Part shown: positions 38,950 to 51,619 of the stretch, piece after piece | Position numbering within the stretch: position 1 is the stretch's first letter | Layout of the letters: the number at the start of each line of letters is the position of its first letter | Source of the DNA: Epiperipatus broadwayi | Lineage: Eukaryota > Animalia > Onychophora | Length of the DNA stretch: 64,000 nt | Reading direction: 5' to 3' | NCBI GenBank assembly: GCA_028023455.1 | Contig: JAQFVV010000004.1 | Span: forward strand, 25,544,001 to 25,608,000 | Translations under genes and position numbers: made by a program | Notes under the pieces: model-generated | The model's input: only the letters and a program-made list of their open reading frames with translations | Told to the model about the DNA's origin: nothing | Databases searched by the model: none

Positions 38950-40480
38950 AATATTTTAGAAATATATAGATGGATGAAGTTATGCCATCTAATCTTAAAG
39001 GTACACTTATTGTTTTAATCTATAAAAAGTAAAGAAAAGACCAGTAATATATCAGAAAATTTATTATTTCCTATTATTTTTAAGCATTTGTTAATGGATT
39101 GTTTCCAATGACTCACTTTCATTGAATCAAGAAATACTTCATACCTGATTTTTTCTTCCAGGAAAATGGAAGAAAAGTAATATAGGCAAAATAGTAATTT
39201 ATATACCTATTGGTTTTATTGATTTGTTAAAAATATAGTTTGGTTTAGTTAACCAAAAACTTATGATATTTGAAATTACATATTCCATAACTTCTAAAGG
39301 AGGAAGTGAAATTAGGAAATTAAACATGAATGTTTGCTAACTCCAACTTGGCTTTTGATTTTTAAATCATCTGTTTTTAGAACAAATTGTAACAACATAT
39401 TGCCGTGATATAGATTTAATTATGGAGTTTTTAACATGAACCCATTAAAAGCAAAAATAAGTTTTTTTTTGGCTATGACATAATAATGATCGTAGTAATC
39501 TTGCTTATTCAAAACTTGATCTACTAAATGTTCTTAGTGTTCTGACTGCAACCCATAAAGCCTTTACTTAGTAATTAAGTTACAAAAAAATTTCAAGTAC
39601 TTTATCACCAATTATGAAAATAAAAGTATCAAAAACTTATAGATTCAGTAAAGCATTGTCAAGTGAAATAAATGTGAATCAATTTAAATAACTTGATTGC
39701 CTTTTGCATAAAAAGTCATACTTGGTAATTAAGCTGCAACATCAACTCTAATGTAATAATGAAGCACTTAACAAGTTAAAAAATAGAATGTTTTGTTATA
39801 GTGATATAAATAATGCAACTAATTTAGATGTAGATAAAACTAATATTTCGCCCAATATATTATTATAAAAAAGTTAGAAATGGATTTAATATCAATATAA
39901 TATATAAAGGAACTAGAAATTTTCTTTTAAGGAAGTATAAGATTCTAGAATACATTGACACAATTATAAAAGCAATCACTGTGTTCTACAGCTTCTGGAT
40001 ATGATTTTATATATAAAAAAACAACAACCTTATCTTCATTGGAATAAAAAAATGAAGCAAATTAAATATACAGTGAACTTGAGCATGGTCTTCATAAGAG
40101 TGGCAGACCCCCAATTACATTATAAAAGTTATGTCATGGACTGCCAAAATTGTTAATATATAAGTAGGAATAAAATAGACTGGAGAGCTATATTTAGAGA
40201 TCTTTACAAAAGTAAAATTTACTCCAGAAAAAATTAATAGTATAGCATCAAAAGATATCAAATAAACTAAACCAATGTGTGATATTTGTGTAACTATTTA
40301 TAGTTCATGGGTTGGTTTTTATAGCATCAGAAACATTTACATTCTTTGTTTTTCTATGTTTTTTTTTACTCTGGAGTTAGAATGATAATATTTTCTTATA
40401 AATGGCTGCAAATAAATGGTAACTGTACTGCTTTTAAAAACTTGTAAATATCACTTTGAGCAATTAATAAGCCCAATGGA
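38950..40480 (+). mobile_element. Possible L1/Tx1-type LINE, highly decayed
   Basis: DEVMPSNLKGTLIVLIYKK (RT domain 1-like), later a CSTASGY-like segment and a CDIC motif; very fragmentary. Confidence 0.3.
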
Positions 40481-42862
40481 ATTCTGTTTTAAAAAATGAA
40501 TAACCATTTAAGATTATTTTTATGAATATTACTTTGAGTATTTTGAAGAAATAAAGCATTCAAATTAGAACTTTTAAAAAATTAATAGAAATAAAACAAT
40601 AATATTATGTGAGATTTGTCTACATTTCAGTTTTTATTTAAAGTTTTATTGCATTTTAAATAAACATAGACAACTATTTTATGTTTACTTACAATTTATG
40701 CTATTATTTTACAAAAATAAAACAACAAAAAGGTTTTATAACCTTATCAATAAAAGGATTGAAAACAAAAAGTTATAAATAATAGAATATTTTCATTTTA
40801 AAACTTATTGTGACCTTACAAAAATAGCTTCATATAATTTCAAACTACAAAAGATAACATTTGTTCTCAAATAAGAAAAAATATTCTAATTTTTTGATAT
40901 TAAATATTATTCTTTATATGTTTTAAATAACATTTATAAATATTTTTCATATCTATTTAAATAAAAACAATAGTGGAATTGTGGGTAATGTTTAGTTTAA
41001 ATACATTATTTTGTAGTTCTTTACACATGGGGAGTCTGTTTGTGGCAGTGAAACCATTGGTTGTGTTTTAGAGTTTATTTTTTGGCTAATTTGGTTGAGT
41101 TGGAAATTTGAGTAATTTTGATTTTATTTAAATAACTATTTTTAATAAAATGAGTTTAAACAAAATTAATTATCACATGATAGATTAGCTTGATGTGATG
41201 CACTGTGACTTCTCCTTATACGGAATTAGGAATCTCTCAGCAACTATGTCCAGAGAAACCTGTTAGCCACTTTACCTTCCCTTTTCATTCCCCATCCTAA
41301 GTTTTCCCATAATATGCTCCATCCCATTTCCACAACATTATTTTTTTCAACTCCATGGCCTTCATATCTAAATCCCCCTTATCTTTTCCTAAACCCAGCA
41401 TAAAAACGAATAACCCACTTTCTGTATAATCACTTTGAGTATATTTATTCTCTATATTATTTGTACCTTTTCTGCTCTCAAGCATTTACATTAAATTAAC
41501 AGATGCCTAATATTTTCTATGCCTTCCTTACGCAACTTGCAGACTAAATCGCCCATATTTTTCCATTTACGTGTATATTCCCTTGTTGCTAAAGATCCCG
41601 TTCAAGCCTTAAACAGTAAACTACTTTCCTTGCTATTATAATAAATTAACTAGCACCCAATGTTCTGTTTGCTTCTAGATATATTTAAATTCTTTTTACT
41701 CTCCATACTAGTTCTCCATCTCTCCAACTCCCTATTTTTTATTAATGCTTCTATCCTAATCCTTACCACTATAACACTCAACAGTCCTTTTAACACAATT
41801 ATTTCACCTTTTGTACAAGTATACTGATATAAATTCTTTATCCAAGTCTTCTGCATACCACATTAACTTTCTCATCCATCTTGTTTTCTGCCCTTTACTC
41901 ATAACCCAATTAAATACTATTTTGGCTGCTCTTTTATTATCCATGAACTGCAATCTATTGAAAAATTTCAATTTTCTTTTTGCAGCTCTCATATAAAAAC
42001 TTGACCATCCCATTTCTCCTTAAATTGCCTCCTTTGCTGTCCACACATCTGCATCTAATACGTCTTCCTACTTCCCTTTGTACTTTTTCTAAGTAATCTA
42101 ATACCCCTTTACTAACACATAATGCATCACTGCAATCACTCCCTTACATACATTTCTAGCTAGATCATATTTATTATATGAAAACACTGTTAATTTCTTT
42201 ATCAATCCCTTTCTTTTCTTTGTTTCATTTATCAATTTTTTCTCCCATTCATCAAAGCAATTTTTCTTATTACTTAAGATGATTCCCAAATAATTATATC
42301 TATTCATCTTACTTAACTTTATATCTTCCAATAAAAATTATTGTCTTCTCTTTCTCCAGTATTAACCATCTTTATATTTGATTTTCCTTCACTAAATTTG
42401 ATCCCCCATCTCTTTATCCACCCTTGTGAATGTCCTCATCATAACTTCCATATCTTCTTTCTGCACACAAAAAAAGATCATCTGCAAAAAAATCTGACAA
42501 AGTATATACTCCCTTGTCACCTATTAAGAGTATTTTTATCCCTTTTCCTAGTCTTTCTATTGCTCTCTCCATTTCACCCAAAACAACAAAAACAAAATAG
42601 GTGACATGGAACATCCTTCCCTTAGTCCCACCTCATTTTTAACTTTAACCACATTTTTAACTTTAACTGATTTTATATCCCCTAATTGATATGTATAGAA
42701 ATTATTTTCATATAATTTCTTAATAACATCCACTAAAGCTTCATCCATTTCCAAATTTTCTAAACTTATCCATAATTTATTTCTATTTACTCTATCATAT
42801 ACCTTCTCTATGTCTATAAAACTCATATATAACTATCTACCTGAATTCCTACTCACATCCAT

Positions 42863-43150
42863 AAATTGTAATTAATAAATAATTATTTTGTGTTCATGTT
42901 TGTAATAAGAAACATATATGCGATATATATTTTACACATATAAAATTATGAGTGTATAGTAAACAAATAAATGAATTATAATAAATAAATAAAATGAATA
43001 TTGAGTTTATTAGTTTAATACTTTTGAAGGAATACTTTCATTATCAAAGCTGTGTGCCAAATGAATTGCGAAGTAAGACCGTTGCTATGAAATGCAAAGT
43101 GTATGCAAATTACATTTGCCATTCCCCCCCCCCACTACATTATTTCCTTC
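42863..43150. mobile_element. 288-bp insertion of unknown type with 7-bp TSD CATCCAT
   Basis: CATCCAT at 42856-42862 and 43151-43157; LINE RT sequence resumes across it. Confidence 0.65.
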
Positions 43151-44342
43151 CATCCATTTTGAAACTCTTCCAGACACCATATATGAGAAAACTTCATATA
43201 AAACTGATGTTACCACTATCAGTCTATAATTGTTTATCTTTCTATGATCCTTACCCTTTCCTTTAAATAATAATCTTACTCTTGTATTATTCCAACTACC
43301 TGAACAAACTCTCTTCTATGCCATCTTATTAAATAAAACATTATAATAGCTTTACTTTTGCCCTATGCCCTAAATTTATTACCATCTCTGCTGCCCATCC
43401 ATCTAAATCTCTTGCCTTTCCACTTTTCAATTTCTTCCCTGCATCATTCAGTTCATTTTTTGTAAACCTAATATTCCCATTACTAAATGCTTTCATGTTT
43501 TCTATCACTAAGTCCTTCACATCTAACATCTTTCTATATCCATTACATATATATTCATGATTCTCTCTAACTCTTCCCTAGAGCTACACTCTATTCCCTC
43601 ATCACCTATTAATACTATCTCTCTTTCCCCTACATTTCTCCTTTTAATGTAATTCCAATTTTTTTACTCCCATCTCTTCCACTTTTATTAATATTCTCCA
43701 ACAATTTACTATTCAATTGCTTTCTCTCTATATAATTATCTATTTTAGCTAACTTTTTCTTTTCTAAGTATTTTTCCCATTTAGCATTAATATCTTTTTC
43801 ACTTTCTTTATTCTTAATAGCACATTTATATTTTCTGCATGATTTTTTCCTCTCTTTTACACTTTTACTAACTCTCATTTTTTTATTACTTTTATTCTTC
43901 TGAATATTCTTATTTAAAATCCTATTTGCCACTTTTTCTATTTCATCACACCAGTCCTTATACTCATCCTCAACCAACTCTTTCATGGTTTCTTCAACTT
44001 GTATTTTATATTCTTCCAACTTATACTTATCATTCACTCTCCATTCACATCTTTCACTATTGTTTTTACTTTTATTTCTATTCTCCATCATCGAATAACC
44101 ATTTCTATTACAAAGAAGTTATGATCACTATTACATACTTTCTCTTCATTATCAAACACCTTAATTTTCTGTACTTTATTCATTCCCTCTTTCTCTATCA
44201 ATACATACATAATCTATTGTGTAGAATATATTATTTCTAGACCATATGTATTGTCCCTCATAAATATTTGATAAATTTCCAATGCTCAAATTCACCCTCT
44301 GGCAAAATTTCTTCAAAAGGTGTCCATTCTTATTATCTACAT

Positions 44343-45941
44343 CAGTGTTTCCCAACCTGTGGTACGCATACCACTGGTGGTACACGAGTTGCTGGTTGGT
44401 GGTACATGAAAAATAATCAATAATGGTGGACATAAAAAAAAAAATCATAAAAATATCATAGAAATATTTTTTCCTATAATTCATAAAAATTATTTTAATT
44501 AATAATATTATACAGTAAAGTTGTTAATATGTACAGTTGATAACGATCTTTAATGTTAATGATAAAATTGAAAGTATGATTACGAAATTAGATTTTTGGA
44601 AACAATAATATATATAAGTATCGAAAACAATCAACTGGAAGTATTCGAAACTCTACAAATTTTTTTGTTTGAAAATAAGGTTAGTCTGTCTCAAGATATA
44701 CGAGAAAATATAATAGCACATTTAACAGGATTAAAATTGTCTTTCATGGAATATTTTCCAAAACCCGAAAACACAAATGATAATTGGATTTCAAACCCCT
44801 TCTATGCAGAAAATTTAGAAAAAGCTACATCATTATCAATAAAGTATAAAGAAAATTTAATAGAACTATCATGTGACAGAACTTTACAAGTAGAATTCAA
44901 ATGACACAATCTAATTAATTTTGGTTAAACATTAAAGAACATGAACAACTTTCTGAGAAAGCTCTTAAATTATCATTACTATTTACTACTAGTACAGAAT
45001 TAGTAGGAAGAGTTTTTTCTTCATATATTATTTTAAAAAATAAGTATCGAAACAGATTGAACACAGCTGTAGACTTAAGGTTATATCTCACATCTTTTGA
45101 ACCAAATTTCAAAAAATTATGTTGTTCGAAACAAGCACAAAAATCTCATAAAATTTATTTTATAAAAATATTTGATTATGATAAGAAAATATATTAATTG
45201 GTTTTTTATAATTTTGTGTTTTTATTAAAACCATTTATTAGTAAATGAAATATGACAAAATAGTAGATAAATAATGAGTCGGATCAAGGCAAATCAATCT
45301 AAATTATTTAATTTGAAAGAATGTATCAGAAAAGGATCATACCCAGAAATTAGACTCTCATTAATTCTTGATCATCTATTGTGAATTACTAGATGTAAGC
45401 TAGTATTTAATCATCAAAATTTTAATCCTATTAACTTCATGCTGAACAATATAAAGAAAACAAGAACAAGAGATAGCCTGATAACCCCTGAGGTTATTTT
45501 TACCATGACTTGGGACATGCTGGATTTATCCTCTACATGGCCCAACCAATAGCAAGATGCTCCGAAAAAGAGAAAACAGCCTCAAATTTGGGAAAACCAA
45601 ATGAAGGAATGAGAAAACACTTTGAACAAAATATGTACCAAATAACCTTTAATGTAATAATGTAATCTTTAATAAATTATTTTAGAAAAAATATGTTACA
45701 GTGAGTTTATAATTTCAGTGAGTTTATAATATGGCATGACATTTAGGTCTGTTTCAATGTAATTTGTCTCATTATGAGATGTGAATACATACATGGTCAC
45801 CCTATAATATTTATAATGCAAATAAAATAACACATTTGCAATAACAAATTTCACGAAATACAATCATTTTTACAAAGTGGTACAATTTAGCGTGATGTAC
45901 TACCAAGTGCTACGCGAGCCAAAAAAGGTTGGGAAATGCTG
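44343..45941 (+). mobile_element. hAT (Buster-type) non-autonomous deletion derivative, 1599 bp
   Basis: TIRs CAGTGTTTCCCAACCT / AGGTTGGGAAATGCTG; exact 8-bp TSD ATCTACAT (44335-44342, 45942-45949) with central TA; contains the transposase C-terminus. Confidence 0.95.
44596..45150 (+). pseudogene. Buster-type transposase C-terminal (dimerisation) fragment
   Basis: HLTGLKLSFMEYFP..NWISNPF..KENLIELSCDRTLQVEFK, INFW..EHEQLSEKALK..F.T....FSSY..LKNKYRNRLN..DLRLYLTSFEPNF. Confidence 0.85.
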
Positions 45942-47959
45942 ATCTACATCATCATTTTTTTCAATATGCCCATTCATATCCCCTATAACCATTATTCTCT
46001 TCCCCTTTTCTTTAAAACTCTGTATATCCTTAACTAGCCATTCATATATGCTACTGTTCCACTCCATTATATTTTGATTATCTCCAGTAGCTATATAAAC
46101 TATAGCCACCATTCATTCTTGTCTTCACAACTTATTTCAAACCACAAATGTTATTGACATTTAACAGTATTTAAATATTTTTTTGATATAACACCTATAC
46201 CACCACTCCCTTTTTCTTTTCTATTTATACCCTGCCATATCAATCTTAGAGAACAGGTTCTTCTTCTCATAGATGTGTTTCTACTACTGCTAATACCTCA
46301 AGTTCTTCATTTTCAATTTCTTTGTTTAATTCCAGCCACTTTTTCTGGTCTCTTACCACCTTGCATATTCAAATACACAATTTTAACAATTTCTTCTTTT
46401 CTAACTACTCTTTTATAAATTTTTTTGATTTTTTCTTTTCCATTACATTTATAAATAACTTGCTTACCATTAATTTTACAGACCCATTTCCTTTCCACAT
46501 CTACACTTATATCTAAATCAACTATCCTTTGCTTATTTCTTACATCCTGTCCACTTTTCTTCTTTTTGATAATGCTACCATTTAAAACCCCACCTCCCTT
46601 TATAAGTTTCCTGAATTATATTCTTTATAAATCAGACTCCTTAGCTTTCTTATTAGATGGTAGTGACCCCTATTTTACTCACTGCCAATTATATTAGCAT
46701 TGGATTCCTGTAACAATTTCATTAAAGATGAAAAAGGAGTAGAAGGAATCACAAACTTTCAAACAGAATGACCATATATTTAAAATAGAATGTTTTTATT
46801 AATATTAAATATATAAGCAAAACATACTGTTTACACAATTCTATGTAATTTCCAAATTATTTTTTTTATATATATGCTTGTTCTATTTAATATAAAACCA
46901 TCAATATAAATAATTTAATATTTAGTAAATAAGTATAGATGTAAAGAATAAGAGATTATTACATTGTTAACTATATATGTTCCCATATCCATTGTTATAT
47001 CACTTTTGGCTCAGGTTAAGCAATATGAAGATAGTAGAGCTCAAAATCTATTAAGGTTTTAATTCACTATGTTTTCATTAGCCATTTCCATTTCTATTGA
47101 AGAATGAGAATCTTTCTTATTTGACAAAATAACTCCAGTGTTATTTTAGACAGTAATGCAATTGCTATATAAAAAACCAACTATATATAATGCTTCTCCA
47201 AAATATGTATTTTGCATCTCTCATTGGAAAATAATTAAAACATAACAATTGAAATTTAAATGAGTCAGAATTTTAAAGGTTTCCCATCTACAATCTACAA
47301 ATATTTAGAAAAGTCTTAAAGGTAGAAGATAGTCTCACTCAGAAAACATATATTATCAATACTATTTATCTATTTAGAAAAAGAATATAGCATGATTACA
47401 TTTCCAATGCAATTTAATACAATGATTAAGATAAACTGGACAATTGAAATTTTGTGAACACAAACACAACCTATTATTTCTTATGCTTTAATATTACATG
47501 GCATGACATCTCAAATAATTAGTCTAAGTTATCTAATTCTTCACAAATGTAAAAAATTGATTATTTTTTAATTGTCTCCAATGTGGCAAATATCAAAACA
47601 AATTTTATAACCAATAAATATCTATCAAGAAATATATCTCTGTGAATATAATATAACTAATTTTTAGATAAATTGGGTATTTAAAATAATATTTTATTAA
47701 ATACAGATTATATAGTTCCTGTTTGTAAAGAATATGACCATTTCAACTGCCAAAAAAAAAAAAAACTGTTCTAAAATTAATGTTTTCAATGATTATATGC
47801 AAATGAATTGGGCAAACATATATATATATATATATCCACATATAAAATACTCTAGTGCATTTTTCTGGTTTTTTTTTAATATTTTGGGATCGTGTTGTTA
47901 ATTTTTTCAGCAGAAAAACCTTCTTTCTAGATTACTTTTATACCATATCTAATTATAAC

Positions 47960-49130
47960 TCTACACTATATATTCTATTCTATTCTCTATCATATCTTCT
48001 CGATGGAAACATTCAACATCATACATCTTTAAAATGTCTTTAAGATAATCCTTATAATGTAGCTGAGGTTTACCTGTTTTATAAAAACCAAACTCAATTT
48101 CACCAAAACAAATGTTTTTCGGAAGTTTTGCGTTGTATCATTTGTTTTACATGTCCAATCAAAGGTTGTCATTTTACAATAGTGGACCTTATAGGATCAT
48201 ATCTAATGAGTTGAAAAACATTAGTTTTATGATCTTGCCATTGTATTTTTAAAATTTTATAGAGCATTCTTAAAAGAAACTTCTGCTGCCTTTCCATTAT
48301 ATTGATAAGGTGTGTTTTACTTCCATATTGTAAATAATGTGAAATAACAGCTTTGTATATAACTAAGTTACAGTAATTATTATCTTATTATCTTTTCATA
48401 TACTACTCCATCTTTTAACTTGTTAAAAGCAATAGCAGCACATTGGAATCTGTGCTGTGTTTCAACATCTTAGTTCACCTTTCTACGATAAAACTACCAA
48501 GATATTTAAATTGGGATACATTCCAAGTTGACAAACCAAAAGTTACTGAGATTATTTTTCATTAATGACTGGCAAAAATTTTGAGTTTTTTAACATTAAT
48601 TATTAGTTCAGGATCTTTAAATGTTGTATTGTTTTTTGAACTGACAAAAATTATACAGTCAACAGCATACTTATAAATCCAGAATCCAAAAAGTAGATTT
48701 TTTTTTTTGCTTTTAATCTATTCAAATTAAAAATTTTACCATTAATCTTTTATTATATGATGATTCCTGTTTCATTAAATTATTTAAAATAGTTCCAAAG
48801 TTAATTGTTATAATAAGTGAAAGTAATGTTAGAGCAAATACACATTCTTGTTTAATATTAGTTTTCATTTCAAATTCTTCAGATTATCCATTAGTAATAA
48901 AAATATTTTCTTTCATTTTACCATGTCTAAACTGATAATATGAGTACATTTTTTTGAACAACGAATTAATTCCAGACAAATGCCTTGAGGAAACTGATAA
49001 AAGCAATATATATATATATATATTTTATTTGTCGTTCTGACAGGTTTTTTTGCATTATCTGATGTTTTAAAGACACCCTGAATTTCTAATAAGTAAATGA
49101 TTCAACATAATCCCCGAAAGGAAGTTTGCT
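47960..49130 (-). mobile_element. RTE (BovB-like) RT fragment, decayed
   Basis: SEEFEMKTNIKQECVFALTL, YAVD, INVKK, SQFKYLGS, AFNKL, IYKAVI..LQYGSKT, ILKIQWQD. Confidence 0.65.
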
Positions 49131-49169
49131 GAAATAGAGATAATGATGGTGATAATAATAATAAATTCA

Positions 49170-50110
49170 ATTTTTTATTTAATGTACATAACAACATTTA
49201 AATAAATATAGATTGCACAGTAAGTTAATTAATATAAATTAAAATGTAACTTTGAAAATTTAGTGAGCTATATCTTGGAAAAAGCTTATCTGAATATGGT
49301 TATGCGTATATTTTGTTTGGTAATACAAATTAACAAAATAATAGTAATAGAAACAAAGTAAAAAATAATGAAATGAGCAAATATAACAAAATAATACATC
49401 AAATGAAACTAACATAATATTTTTGTAAGATGGCTTTAATGAACTGTCTAAAATCTAAATTAAAAATGTTTTTATTATATGTTCTGGGAAAATGAAATAA
49501 AGATGAGAATTTTACTATATCAGATTGACAAAATTTTAAGTCAAAAGTATTGTGAAAACAATTCTTATAATGCTGTTTTTTGATATTTAACTTAGAAAGC
49601 AAGTTAGATGCAGAAATATTTTGAGAAATAATTTTATGCAGAAATTAGAGATTTCTTGTTTTTCATCTCAGCATTAATTTGATGTACTGATCATTATTTA
49701 GATAATTTAATATTAAAAATTTGTCAAAAAATGTATTTTTATGATATCTGTCTTGGTATGATGATTCTATAAATTGAGCCATACTCCAAGATGGGGAGTA
49801 CCAAAGATATAAAAATTGTGATTTTTGTACATTTATAAAATACCTTTCCATAATTATAAAAAGCTTCTATAACTGTGAGTGCATTATTCACCATCAGATC
49901 AATATCATGATGGAAAGAACTATTGTTAGAAAAAAATATTCCTAAATCTCTTTGATGATCAATTGTTATGACTTTAAAGCCACAGATATAGTAAGAAAAC
50001 CTTAAGATTTCAAATTTCCTAGAGTAAGAGACAATGGAGCACTTATCCATATTTGTGTTTTACAATTATTTTCACACCATTTCAAAAAAATTATCTACAT
50101 CACTTTGAAT
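49170..50110 (-). mobile_element. CR1-type LINE 3' fragment
   Basis: KCSIVSYSRK..QRDLGIFFSNNSSF, SLVLPILEYGS. Confidence 0.7.
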
Positions 50111-50420
50111 TAAAAAATCAATCATTAATAGAATAGATATGCTTGTGAATTTTGCAGTCATCTGTATAACATAGAAGGTGGGAGGTTAATATAATTTTTG
50201 AGGTCATCAATATATATATTAAATAACAATGATGCAAAAACACTACCTTGAGGCACTCCAGTGAAACAACAATATAATAATGATAATTTATTCTTAAACT
50301 TCACACAAGAGATCCTGTCTTTAAGAAAGATTCAAAGTTTTTTAAGAAGTATTTTATGATTAACTCTATCAAAAGCTTGGGATATATCAAAGTAAATAAC
50401 ATCAAACCTAGATTGATCCT

Positions 50421-50589
<169 letters not shown>

Positions 50590-51619
50590 TAAAGCCTCAT
50601 TGCAAACCTTGCCAACACTAGATTACTATTCTACATGTGTCCAAGTTTAAATCCCAGCAATATCACTCAAACATACCATCTGTGAAACAAAAATCAAATA
50701 CTCATTAATAATAAATGCACTGATTAAATGTATTTTTTTTTGATAAAACAATGAACTACTAGATTTTCTCAACAAAACAAATTTTTCACCCAATGTAAAA
50801 GTCCATCAAAATGACAATTACAAAGTCAGGTGACCAGGTGGATTGTACCAATACAACCTCCATGCCATTACAGATTTCAGAGCTTACCAAAACACCTATA
50901 CCAGCATGATAAAAAGCAATTTGCAATTAATCAACATTAAAAAAATATTTAGCTCAGCTGACAATAAATTTTCTCATCATTCCCAGAGAATTAATACAAA
51001 TGACATTAGAGAGCTTGATTTACAAGCATAAGAAAACAATCCCTCCCCACATGCATTATAATATTGATGAACTAAAGTCGATAAATAACAGATTTAATAA
51101 CAGCATTCCAAGGGAACTACATGTCGCAAAAGATTTTTCCTCTTGGCCAATTACATTATCAGCTATAGACACAAATATATCTCTGTACTGCTGTGGGATA
51201 TAATCAATCATATTGCTGACCTCCTAAATCCAAGATACATAGCAATTGAGTTTTATCAAGTCTCTCAAAGGGAATTCTTTTAAAGCAAGATTAAAACATT
51301 TGACAATTATGCATTAATATCCAGTTGATCCAAATCAATACAATGGTATACTAGGATATTAAGATACCCATTTTTGGATATATCCCATAAGATTTCCAGT
51401 TAATGGTGCAACCTTTTTGGAAAGTCATCTCCTTCCAATCAATTATTCTGAAAAAGAGATCCATAACCTTACCCAGTAATAGGTATGAATTCAATTGCAT
51501 TTGGGTATTGACCCAAAAATATTCCCTACACAGATCCTCGAACAATAAGCAACACTGTGCATATATATCTATTGATTAAAATAACAGTGCTCCTTCTGTG
51601 GCTAATGGGTTAATCTTTT

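Larger units (their letters stand above)
41180..46720 (-). mobile_element. Near-full-length APE-RT LINE (RTE-like), decayed, hosting two nested insertions
   Basis: IVYLNMQGG (APE start), IMVIGDMNGHI, YIWSRNNIFYTIDY, KLKSGKARDLDG, FIDIEKVYDRVNR, GLREGCSMSPILF, FFADDL, YNYLGI in collinear order. Confidence 0.88.
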
